From contig VJWM01000205.1 of assembly GCA_010909165.1 (NCBI GenBank), forward strand, positions 248,001 to 312,000: a stretch of 64,000 nt of DNA, written 5' to 3'. Shown here piece after piece: positions 23,475 through 34,570 of this stretch. This DNA is from Anthoceros angustus (taxonomy: Eukaryota; Plantae; Anthocerotophyta). Positions within the stretch are counted from its first letter, which is position 1; every line of letters begins with the position of its first letter. The position numbers and the translations under genes were made by a program. The notes under the pieces were generated by a model. It saw only the letters and a list, made by a program, of their open reading frames with translations. It was not told where the DNA came from and made no database searches.

Positions 23475-24610
23475 CATCAACCACCTTACGCCCCTTTCAG
23501 ACTATTCTGACAAAGTGAGGTGTGGAAACACAGGTGGAAATACGTAGTAAATTTGAAGAACTGGAGACTGAAGCATCGAGCATCAGAGTTGAAGCTTGAA
23601 AGGCAATGCAGCGGCAGAGTTGCAAAAAATGGGCATGAAACGGGCTGCATCGAGGAGTCTGTAAGCCAGAGTCTTGCTGCAGAACATGAAAGGGCTGTGC
23701 AAGATGTCTACTTTCAGCTACGGTCTGCAGAACATATTTTTGCTGCTTTGCGCAATGAAACACAGTCTGTGTGATAATCTCTCACATTCCCATGTACAAC
23801 CGTGTTACTGGCAATACATAGTCCGTGAGATCCTGAAAGAGCCAGTTACTCCTAGACTGGAGGACCATGAGCAAAATGCCAACCATGCGTGGGAGTTGGT
23901 GGAGAATCTGCAACAGGATGCTGAAAAGGAAGAAAGTCACTACGCAAATGAAGTGGAGAGGTTGCATGAGGATGCAAAGAATCTTGCCTCTAACTATCCC
24001 AACGAGCTTGGGAAGTTGAAGCAAGATGCTCATAATCTAGCAACAATGTACTACCATCACCTCTCTCATGGAGGGTTTTTTTAATCTTTGTTGCAACAAT
24101 GTCTTGTTCTATCTCAGTTCATGGTGATCGGGGTTGCAAGTGGAAGTTGAACATTTTCTATGTGCTCTGCACAGGGTTGCACGAGAAATGGGGACCTCAA
24201 TTAAGTGGGGAAAAGGTGGTCAAGCAACAAAACAGTGGTTCCCCAAACAAGAGCTGTGACACCAAGCAACCTCTCCCAGAGAGAAGCAGGTCTGTTGCTA
24301 CAAGATCTATGTCACTGGCCATCGTTCATCTTTGCACCTGTAAGGCTCACCAGCTAGGACAGGGTTGTCGACAGTATTTTCTTGGAGTTGAATTTTCTTT
24401 GCAGGCCCTTTATGGATCAAGCTTCAAGGTTTGAGAGTCCAACTACGTCAGCCATGAAGGAGCCTTTCAAAGATGAGCTGCCTTTGTCGCTAGCTGATAG
24501 AGAAGAGCTGCAACATTGTCAAGCTTACTATGCCGAGCTAAGTACCGAAAGGTCTTAGTACTGAAAGCGATTTGGTTTATGCTTTGCTTTACTTCCATTA
24601 CCACTTCCAT
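23475..24610 (+). pseudogene. Decayed partial duplicate of the CCDC57-like gene, middle part (parent about 4677-6418, parent about 5395-6030 deleted)
   Basis: Exon and intron similarity, e.g. GAGGTGTGGAAACACAGGTGGA at both 4720 and 23514. In-frame stops are present. Confidence 0.9.
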
Positions 24611-25249
24611 AGCTAGTGTAGGTATTCTTTTACAATATGGGAAAGTCAACCAACCTTGTGAGCGATGTGAATTTCGGACAGCATTTTTGGTCTCCCAACT
24701 CATACTTATAACTTTAACAAGACCTACACAAAATATGTACCTACCTAGTTATATTATAATTTAATTTATCTTACATAATAATAGATGATCATGTCACTAG
24801 AGTTTTAAAAGTACTTGACGCAGGGAGTCACTCAGAATGCACAGTCAAGTAGTGTAGTATGTTCAAATGTGATATGCTTTCATGTTATATTCACTGGGAT
24901 ATTATATATATATAATATTATATCAAACACAATATAAATATGTAGGTAAAAATATGTTATAGGTATATATAAATAATATATTATTAAAAATAATGTACGT
25001 TTTATGTATGGAACATGGAGACTTTATAAAAAAAGTAGAAATGGTAAGTCTTATACCATCGAGATTTTATAAAGAAAGGAAAGATAGAAAGTTCTATCTA
25101 CACCGATGCGGTGGAGAACAAGTTATCTACCCTGAGCTACCTATCACCGAGGCGCTGGAGAACAAGGTATCTACCCTGAGCTACCTATCACCCCCAAGAT
25201 GTCGTAATGCCTACTAGGATAGGGAAGGCCCTACTTACCACCGGAGTTG

Positions 25250-25790
25250 AAGATGCAATGTCTCCGGTATTCGAAGTTATCCTGAAAATAGCATTGGCCA
25301 ACGTCCTTTGCAGGGCGATGGAAACACGTCGCCGGAAGAAATCCTCCATACAGGACGGGGGAAACCTAGCACGTTCCTACAAGTTTGGTAGGCTTTAGCA
25401 CAACCCTTGAAAAACCTCGAAAACTTCTTGCCCATGGCCACATGAGTTTTAATAGCAAGGGGCATGAAAAGCATGGTCTTCCTACATGGGGGTCTATTTG
25501 TGCATCTTGGTTGTCGCGCACCTTTTCATCATCCAACCCAAAGGGTTGATGATGACATGCTCGCATTCAGTATCCCATGTAGGGTCTGTTACAACCACTG
25601 CAGGGTCTATTACAACCACATCAACAATAAAGACTTGGTCCCTTAGGTCAAAAATAGGTCAGCCTTGCAATACAGACCTGGTACACATGGGTCAAAAATG
25701 GGTCAGCCTTGCGACAGAGACCTAGTCCCCTCAGATCAAAAATAGGTCAACCTTGAGAGAGACACCATTGAACAAGAAATATGGGCACTT
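25250..25790 (-). mobile_element. Degenerate 3' fragment of a CRE/R2-type non-LTR retrotransposon (restriction-like endonuclease region)
   Basis: Reverse complement is homologous to 29300-29650 and translates to DLFL...RDQVFIVDVVVIDP. Confidence 0.6.
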
Positions 25791-26369
25791 CATGAAAGGA
25801 AAAAAACCGCTCTCCTTGGTGTCATGTTGTATGACTCTAATCTCAGTGCTTGGGTTAAATGTTTTTAATCTAATTACTTATCTTTAAGTAATTAATATTA
25901 ATAAATCTAAAGCGGTTGTGTTAATTAGGCATTGATTAGTGTTGATTAAACATGGTTAGAAATAGCTAAGTGGTTAAGCACAAGTAATATGCGTTAGCAT
26001 ATTGCTTGCATATTATAGTGTGTTTTTAGGATATTTCTAGCATATGCTGATGCCAATAGGGATATCTTAGGAATATGCCGAGGCCAAGGGCTAGTATATA
26101 TAAACCCTTTCACAAAGGACGAGCTCAAATCATAACTTGTCCTCTCGATATGCAATGCAAGAGTGTTGTGAGGAGGCCAAAGCTATGACTCTGAGAGTGA
26201 TGTGTGAGGAATTTGCGTATTGCTCTCGTGGGGAGAGTGTGTTTGTCCCACGACGAGCGAGCTACTCTCTCCTATTGTTATTGGTTTGCACCTATATTTG
26301 CATATTAGATTTGTTTGCTTGATTGTCTGTTGAGAAAGTGCTCATATAAATGAAAGTGCTTACGTCATG

Positions 26370-26600
26370 TGATATTGGCCATCGAGAACATGACATCTCG
26401 GACATGACATCTCAGCTGTAGATCGAGAGAGAATAGGCCAAAGGTTAGACCAGGCCTAGGCAAAACCTCATCACGGTAGGAAAAAAAGCAGGTGCGATTC
26501 GGAAGGCCTGAATGCATGGTCGTGCTATAAGCCAGGAACCAGCTCCCTTCCTCGAGCAAGAGTGGAGGTGAGCACGAGCGAGTCGGGGAATGGAGCAATC
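26370..26600 (-). mobile_element. Second degenerate fragment of the same non-LTR family (zinc-knuckle region)
   Basis: Reverse complement resembles 29116-29300 (GCCTATTCTCTCTCGATCTACAGCTG; HVRDVMFSMA). Confidence 0.55.
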
Positions 26601-28962
26601 CAGAAGTAAAGGTTATTGCATTTGCCTATATTGTTGCTCTTGGAGAGAGGCTTGAAGCTCTCGTTGATCATCCATGAGGAATTACGAGGAAAAACGAGGC
26701 ATGACTTTCCTGGCCTAAGAGGATAAGAGGCCCCTAGCCGACCTTAAGGACACCTCGAGGGGGAAGGTCTCATCCTCAATACCTAAGACGAAGCTCTTCA
26801 AGATACATGAATCCTGATTAATCCTCTTTATACTATATTTTAGAATATCAAAGACTTGAGATATATGTTGGTCTATGTTGATTTATGTTAATGATGCCAA
26901 GTCTTTTTACAGCAACAACACAAAGAATGTGGTGTCATGATATCTAGCATGCAGTCACGGGGGATTGGTCCACGAGGGTTGCAAGCACTTTGATCCGTTC
27001 ATTATTTAGCTTTAGCTTTCAAATAGACATTAAATATAAAATCACAAAAAAACCCAATACGTCAAATCCCAACTGTCATGGGGCACGACACGTTCCCTTT
27101 GTGCCAATGGCCATAACATGTAAATAATGAAGTATAGTAGATATGGTTATCATATATACATCCTATTTAAAGTTATCTACTTTTAGACTTTTTTTTTTTT
27201 CATTCTATGAATATGCTCCTTGTAAGATTTTTCGTTTTCCACCTTTCATTATCTCTATTATTCATTATATATCTTTAGCTTTTAAATACAAATAAAATAT
27301 ATAATCACTAAAAATGCACAATGAGTCGGATTCCGCCGTCACGGCATGTTAGGTTCGTTTTGCGCAAATTGCTATGGCATATAAATAATAAATCAAGGTA
27401 AAGATGGTTACCATATATACATTATATTCAAAGCTCTCTACTTGTCAAAATATTTGTTTTCATTTTATGAATATGCTCTATTAAGACTTTTGGTTTGTCA
27501 TAACATGAATCTTTCATTATCATAAAAATTTAATATGTTATAAATTAAATTATTTTGATCCTGAAAGAATATTATTGGATTATGATTCATGGATTGTGTG
27601 ATACAACATTTCGGATTGACTCCCTTGGCGAGACTTGACCCTGAATAGAAATTGCATGCCTTACGTAATTCCTGAATAGAAATTGCATGCCTTACGTAAT
27701 TAGGCTGATGATGTTGAGTAATTATGCAATGGAAGTATGAAAGAATTCCATTGTTAAATATATGAACACCATACCCCTGATAGGACCTGAACCCAAACCC
27801 GCAATTCTTTAATTCCAAGTCAAATGTCTTATCCAATAACAAACAAACAAACAAATTTATTGTAAGTCCACCAAGGACGGACATACCGCCATGGGGCTTG
27901 GTTTTCTGAGCAACCTGCTCCATGGAGTAAACTAGGCTACAAGCACTAGAGGCATTCCTCTCTAGGTACCCCATTCGGATCCCCCTTGCGGTGCAGAGTT
28001 CTAAACTACGACGTTTTTAAGGTATGTGTGTGTATTTGGCCTAAACCATTTAAACTTTATTTATGTCCACTAAGCGCGGAATGACCACCATGGGATAGAA
28101 ATGGTACAACGTAAAAGCGGTGGAAGAAAGTGTACACATACATATGTCTTAAAAAAACATACATGTTATATTGAGGGAAAAAACGATGGGGAAAACCCAT
28201 GCAGCACGAGACAATGAAGGGGGACCTCGGGAGTCAAGGCGAAAAAGAGCGACTAAGCCCTTACCTAAAGTTACCTACTGCTCCTAGAACATCATATATG
28301 TCTTAAATAGAGCAATGACTAACAACGTATAGCAAAACAATCAATTAATTGTATCTATAAAATCATAAGGAAAAAATATAGCAAATTAATCAATTAACCG
28401 TATTTATAAAATTGTAAGGATGAAGATTAAAAACAACCAACTCATCTCCACGAAAAAGGCAACTTGAACTGAAGCATCCTCAAAAGTAAGTATCTTAGAT
28501 TGCCATTGCTAGGGTGTAAGATCCAATTAGGCCACAGGAGCTTGATAATGTTGAGAAATTATGCAATGAAAAATATTTAATATGATACAATATCTCGGAC
28601 TGACTCTCCTAGCGGGACTTGTCTACTAAGGGTACAAGCACCACCATGGGACAGAAAAAGTACAGTTGAAAAGTGGTAAGAAAAGGCATACACATATGTA
28701 CATCTGAACTAGAGAGAAAGAAATAGTGAAAAAGAATTAATGCAAACACATGCATGTCAGAAAAAGTTCAGGGACGAGGATTAAAATAACCAAATGATCA
28801 CCATGGAAAAAAGGGCACGGAAAAAAGGCCACTTGAGCCATAGCACGAGCAGCCTTAAAAGCGGTAATTAAGCTTAATAATGTTGAGCAATTATGCAATA
28901 AAAATATTTAAGAAATACATTTAATCCAATTACATAATTCAAAATCCTAAATTTTCAATCTT

Positions 28963-28999
28963 AGAAGAAGAAGAAGAAGAAGAAGAAGAAGAAGAAGAA
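28963..28999 (+). repeat. (GAA)n microsatellite, about 12 units
   Basis: Direct reading. Confidence 0.97.
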
Positions 29000-29115
29000 T
29001 TCTAATCTAGCTTTAAAATAGGTCTTCTTGAAAAATATGACATATTTGGGTAGCTTAAAACCCACGAATCCCATAATTTTTTTGTTATATGCTTGTGATT
29101 TAATTTATATCTTCA

Positions 29116-29700
29116 ATGAGGTTCCGCCTGGGTTTGGTCCAACCTTTGGCCTATTCTCTTTCAACCTACAGTTGTGGGGCCCCCATCGACGACTCAGGGT
29201 CCCACCTAGCTCGCTGTCCAATTGGAAGGCAGCGTATCACTACACATAATGCCGTTCGTGACATCATGTTCTTGATGGCCAAGGACAGCGGTTATTTTTC
29301 ATACAGGGAGCGTCCATATACCTTGCGCAATGGGGTGTCGGTTAGATCGGATCTATTTCTAATCGGGGGGACCAAACCTCTGTTGTAAATGTCGTTGTAA
29401 CGGACCCTACCCGGAACTCCAATTGTGAGCATGTCATTATCAACCCTTCGAGCTGGACGGTGCATGGATACGCGACTCCGAGGATACACAAGTACACACC
29501 TTTGCAAGACGGCCACACCTTCATCCCCTCGCTATTAAGACTCACGGGGCTAAGGGCAAGGATTTTTCCTGCCTCATTCAGGATTGTGCTAAAGCCTACC
29601 ACAGTCGTTGGAACGGGGTGGGTCTCCCTCTTTCCTTGGTGGTAGCTTTCTTTTGACACCGGGTATCCATCTGTATGCAGGTCTTTCCTCATCTCAGACC
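29116..29700 (+). mobile_element. 5'-truncated, frameshifted CRE/R2-type non-LTR retrotransposon fragment (CCHC knuckle plus restriction-like endonuclease)
   Basis: FRLGL...YSCGAPIDDSGSHLARCPIGRQRITTHNAVRDIMFLMAKDSG...RSDLFL / VVNVVVTDP...KYTPLQDGHTFIP matches the C-terminal pattern of RLE-bearing non-LTR elements. Confidence 0.7.
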
Positions 29701-31481
29701 ACGACATAATCGTGGCAGTAGATAGCTTTGGGGTTGGCATTCGTGGGTTCTAGCCCCCTGGCTCTTGGCCCTTTAGTGGGTTGTCAGCCCTCTGTTTGGG
29801 GTAGATGGGTTTTCCCATCTCTTCTTTTTAATAAAGTCTTCATGATTTCAAAAGATTTATATCTTCCTTCTAAAACTAGATTTTGGGCCTATAGTATGTT
29901 TAAGGAAATCTATGGACCTCTTGCAGGGCATCTCGTTGAACTAATATGGCTATTCATGAGAACATTCATGATGAACGAAAATATTTTTGCATTTAGAGAA
30001 GATCTCCACATTATGAAAAGATCTCTCCATTGCCCTATAAAGGGCTCTCTCAACGGCAATCCTTCACAAGGCGACGACAACAAGTCAATAAAACGTATTT
30101 TTCATTATGAAAATCAAGTTGAAGGACTATCGCCACATCTGACGAGTTGACCTTGTTTGACCGTCAACCCAAGACATTTGATGGGTCAACCGAAGACATT
30201 TGAGGGGTCAACATGAAACATTTGGGTAGCTTCAAAATGAAATATCTCATCCATGCTAGAATTATTCATAGTCTCTGTCTTCTCCAAAATACTTCAATGT
30301 CATCTTCATCCACCCTAAAATATTCCAAAGTCATCCACCTTAAAAATAATATTAAAAAGGCCCTAAAGATCACAATAGGAAGAAGAAGAATTCTATAAGC
30401 ACTTTTGCTAACCATAATTTCTCATTTCTTGACTCCAACTTCATTGCCAGCTTGAGGTCACCACTCTTTCCCATCCTGTGCTGAAAAAGGTTTTGCAGTT
30501 GCACCCTCCTATTACCGTACCTAAAGGGTGACCGAGACTCTTTGGCTGTGCCCTTCTTACTAGGATTATATCCTGCGACACCTTCTCTTGATATGTTTTG
30601 ATTGTAAATCTTAAGAGTGTTGGTTGCAAATCTTCAGGGTTCTTTGACACTTACTGGTAGCTAGCTGATCATCTTCGTACATTTTGGTTGCAAATCTTGA
30701 GGTTCTCTTTGACACCTATTGGTATCTGATCTTCCGGGCTCTCTATCCATGTCTTTGGATCTAGACGTCTTCTTCCGAGATCTCTTACAATTCGACTTTC
30801 GGGGTTCTCTAGCCATTTCTTTGGAGGTAGATGAAGCAAAAAATATCTGCCGTCATCAATACCAAACTCATTTTGAACAGCCTTCTTCCTCAACCTTTTA
30901 CAACCAGCATATATGTTGTGTGTTGTGTTGTGTGTTATTAGAGGATCGGAGGATCTTGCACCTCAGCTTTTGTATCATTGGTTGGCAGCTTATGCTCGTG
31001 TCGCTTGTTTTGCGCTAACTCAAGTTTTGACACCAGTTTCTTTTCCGGCGTCGTACTCGGAGATCTCTTACGACTAAGCTTGTGTGTTGTTTGTTCCGTG
31101 GTGCGCTATTCGGAGGACTCTTGCAACTCGGCTTGTGCATTACTGGCAGCTCATGCTCGTGTCGCTTGTGTTGCGCTAATTCTATTATTTGTAACGTGTC
31201 CGTCCTCCAGTGATCGCCAACCCATGTACCTCTGATGGGCAAGTTGGGGTTTCACAAAGCTGGGGTTTCGCGAAGTTGGGCTTCCGCAAAGTACAGTACT
31301 TACATACCTATAGGGTTCGGCAAAATATGGGGTTCCGGAGAATACACATGGGGTTTCGCAAATTGGGGTTTGGATTTTAGGTTCAGACAGCCCACGGGTT
31401 AATCATGCTGGGCAAGAGAGACAAGAGGGCCTTCTGGCAAAGATCCGCGCTTCTGCTCGTTCACAACTGCTGGAAGTAGAG

Positions 31482-33417
31482 ATGGCCATGGCTCCTGGAC
31501 CGGCAGCGGCACCGGGCGGGGGCTCCGACGCGGGACGCAACGTGGGAGCAGCAGACGTCAAGCCGGAGCCCGGCGAGGAGGCGCAAGCGCGACAAGAGCC
31601 CTTCTGCCCCTACCCCATCCCCGCCTTCATCAGCATGGAGCCGGACCGGAAGAAGGGCAGGCTTGACGGCTCAGCGGTGGCCGTGCTGGCCTTGGCCAAC
31701 AACGCGAAGGTGGCGTCCCCCTATCCGGACTGGACATATGCCCGGGACCCGGAATTCACCAAAGTCCTTAACGGGGAGCTGGACTTGCGAAAGGACGGGT
31801 GTTACAGGGACCAGTGGACTCCGCCCTTGGTGCACCACCTTCTCCACTGCTATCAATCGGTGCAAGTTTCTCGGCGCGCGGAATCCTTCACCAAGGTGGA
31901 GTGGCAGGAGCTGGCTGTTATGCTCACTTCGCATCCGGATTGCAATCCCCCGAAGACTTGGAGGGATGTGCGCTCCAAATTCGAGAAGCTGAGGAGGCGG
32001 TTTCTGTCGGAGAAGACGGAGGCCAACTCCCGCTGGCCTTACTTCGCCGACATGCTTAACCTGCAGAACGCAATCGACCGGGTGGAGAGCGCGGATTCCC
32101 CCGTCCAAGGTCGGAGGCAGTGTGTCCTTTTCGTTGTCGTTTGGCTTGAATGGCTAGGTTTGATTCAGTTTCCCATCCGAATTGCTCGCCTGTGTTTGCG
32201 CAGGTGCCCGGATGCTGTTGAGCTTGGAACCAGGTGCCGGGCCAGGAGACAGGCTGAGTCCGCTGGCTCGTCCGGCTCCTCTCGCTCCAGCTGCTGCTTC
32301 TCAACCTTCTCCTCCTGCGCCTGCGCCTGCGCCTGCTGCTCTGCTTCTTCCTCCCGTTGCGGCTCCTCCTCCACCTCGCGTCACTGTGGCTGCTCCAGCT
32401 CAATGTGCTGCCAGCGGGGCCGGCACGGAAGCCGCGGTCACCTCGGTCTCCTCCAGGGGCGCTTCTCATCCTCCTCTGGGCGCCAGCGGCATCTCCTATC
32501 CTCCGGCTGACAGGAGGTTCAGGGAAGTTTGTCTGTCCATCAGGAGCAGGATATCCAGAGCGCCGGTGTATGGAGCGTATTGTGCAAGCTTCTCCCCGAT
32601 GATTGCCGAGATTTTGGGGCTGGCCAAGTTTGATTTCGTGGTAGTGGATTTGGAATACGGCCCCTGCGACCATGCTCACACCCTGCCCGTCCTGCACGCG
32701 CTGGCATCTGCAGGGTGCCCGTCCATCCTCAGGCTGCCCGCCAGGCCTTCTGTGCAGGTCGTCCGCCGGGCGGTGGACTTGGGGCCGTCTGGTATCATGT
32801 TTCCGGACATCGACACTGCCGAGGCTGCCAGGAAACTGGTGCTGGAGTGCCGGACCAACGCTGGCCGTCCCCTGGTGCGGTCCTCCTTCTACGGCACTGC
32901 GGCTCGAATGGACGCCAACGAGCTATTTATCATTTGTGAGGTGAGTTCCGTCACGGCTTTGAGCCATGTGGCTGAAATTGCCTCCGTCGAGGGCGTGGAT
33001 TGCATCCAAATTGCGCCCTTGGCCTTGCGCGCGAGCATGGGTATTTTCCATGGTAATTTCCACAACCTGCACCCTTGCACCTACGGTTGCTAACTTGCTG
33101 CCCGCTAACCTTGCACTCGACTCACATCGTTGCCTCCTTTGGCAGACATCAACCAGCTTCATGAGTTCATGAGGAAAGCAGAGGAAGCCGTGATCAGCTG
33201 CAATGCTCGTCGAAGGACGCCGGTTTATTTGGCAGGGTTAGCGAATGCCGAGTTGACACCCGCCGCTCTGCTGAACTTAAACTATCACATGGTTTCAGGG
33301 GCCTCGGACATTGCTCTCTTGAGGGATGCTGCTATGGCAGATGTCGCCAACAACAAGTTCGGGCGTGCTCCTCAACCCAACTCCCTGACTGTGAAGCCCG
33401 AGCTCGGTACAAGCTGA
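31482..33417 (+). CDS. Fusion protein: trihelix (Myb/SANT-like) DNA-binding domain, Pro/Ala-rich linker and HpcH/HpaI aldolase fold with degenerate active site. Predicted exons 31482-32109, 32204-33040, 33146-33417 (578 aa).
   Basis: Trihelix: QWTPPLVHHLL...EWQELAVML...PPKTWRDVRSKFEKLRRRFLSEK...RWPYFADM. Aldolase: FDFVVVDLEYG, ILRLP, AVDLGPSGIMFP, VEGVDCIQIAPLALRASM, YHMVSGASDIALLRDAA. Both GT-AG introns keep the frame (1737 nt total). Confidence 0.85.
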
Positions 33418-33489
33418 GTAGGTGACTGGCACTGGACTGGGCATTCAGACCAACCTCAGAAACCCCCCCCGAGTCAACGGATCAACCAT

Positions 33490-34570
33490 TTTTTCCCTCT
33501 TCCTGTTCATCAATCATATTTTGGCAAGTCAAGGGAGCTCCGAGAGCTCACGAGCCGGCAGTAGCAAGGACCAGGTTTCTTTTATGGAGCTGGTAACTAG
33601 TGGTACATCATGTTAAGGGCCAGCCTGCAGGAGGGAGACATGCTGATCGAAAGGACTTTCCAGGATGCAGGGCAGAGAGCTGAAAAGAATCTCCATGGCG
33701 TGCAGGTGTTTGCTGGGAGAGCAAGCACACCACTTGGACGTCACGTCATAATTTATTGAAGATGAAGGCTGGATCCTCCCATAAGCCAGGCAGTTCTTTA
33801 GAGAGCGAAGATGATTGGTTGCAGTGAGAACCTTGGAGACGAAAGTGAGTCTAGTGCAGATGATACTGCTGCTTTCCACACAAAACATTTCAACGACATC
33901 TGTTACATATGCCGAGACGTCAAGATCCATTGAAGATGAAGGCTGGATCCTCCCATGAGCTGTGCAGTTCTATAGAGAGCGAAGATGATTAGTTGCTGCT
34001 GAGAACCTTGGAGAGGACAGTGAGTCTAGTGTAGATGATACTGCCGCTTTTAGTCCACATACAAGATCCCAAACGAGAGGTCACACGAGGAATGGCGAGT
34101 CAGTCCTGCCACTTTTCCTTGCTGCACATTCCCATCGATGTCTGGTGAGTACTGTGCCGACGGTTGCTGAGCTCCATGGGAACATGGTAACTGGTGATCG
34201 ACTGGGCTCCGTGGTTCCTACTTTGCTGGTATGAGGGCTCGGAATGGGAGTTCAGCATTGTTTTGAAGGCTTGGGAAGATGTCAGGTAGGGACATTGTGC
34301 CGTCGTTTCTTTCGTTTACGGATGCACGTAGCGCTCTGGTTGACAGGGGACTTGGTTGATTAAGGGTTCAGTCCGAGACAGGGGGCCCTTAAGACAAGAG
34401 GGCTTACTCTTGTCTTGTACTATCCTTTTCTACACCATGGCGGAGATGTTGGTGACTATTGTCTTGCCTTGGCTAGGTAATTTCCCATGGTCGGTGCAGG
34501 CTGAAAATGAAAGATATGTTAGTGAAAGTCGATATCCCGCATCCTGCATCTAACGATGCTGATGCTGCAC
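33490..34570 (+). pseudogene. Decayed partial duplicate of the CCDC57-like gene, 3' part (parent about 6600-7590), with an internal tandem duplication of about 175 bp (33754-33885 / 33929-34055)
   Basis: e.g. GGCAAGTCAAGGGAGCTC and GAGAGCGAAG(G/A)TGAT shared with the parent; stops and indels present. Confidence 0.88.

Larger units (their letters stand above)
24610..31380. mobile_element. AT-rich transposon graveyard: nested degenerate repeats, non-LTR fragments and local tandem duplications
   Basis: Low GC, no intact ORF. Internal duplications at 25112/25156, about 27075/27340, about 27640/27672, 27710/28547/28878, 28083/28640 and about 30920/31085. Confidence 0.7.

Noticed and set aside
23266-23484. 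MSP-domain-like short ORF (LTLRNANRRKMRFQVQST)
   Set aside because: Similarity is too short and vague, with no supporting exons.
32500-33417. Recent bacterial horizontal transfer of the aldolase
   Set aside because: The sequence follows the plant HpcH family (GPSGIMFP, VDCIQ, YHMVSGASDIALLR) and contains a spliceosomal intron.
24605-33490. Helitron or TIR element carrying the trihelix-aldolase gene
   Set aside because: A CTAG occurs near 24613, but I found no matching terminus, subterminal hairpin, A/T target or terminal inverted repeats, so the mechanism is left open.
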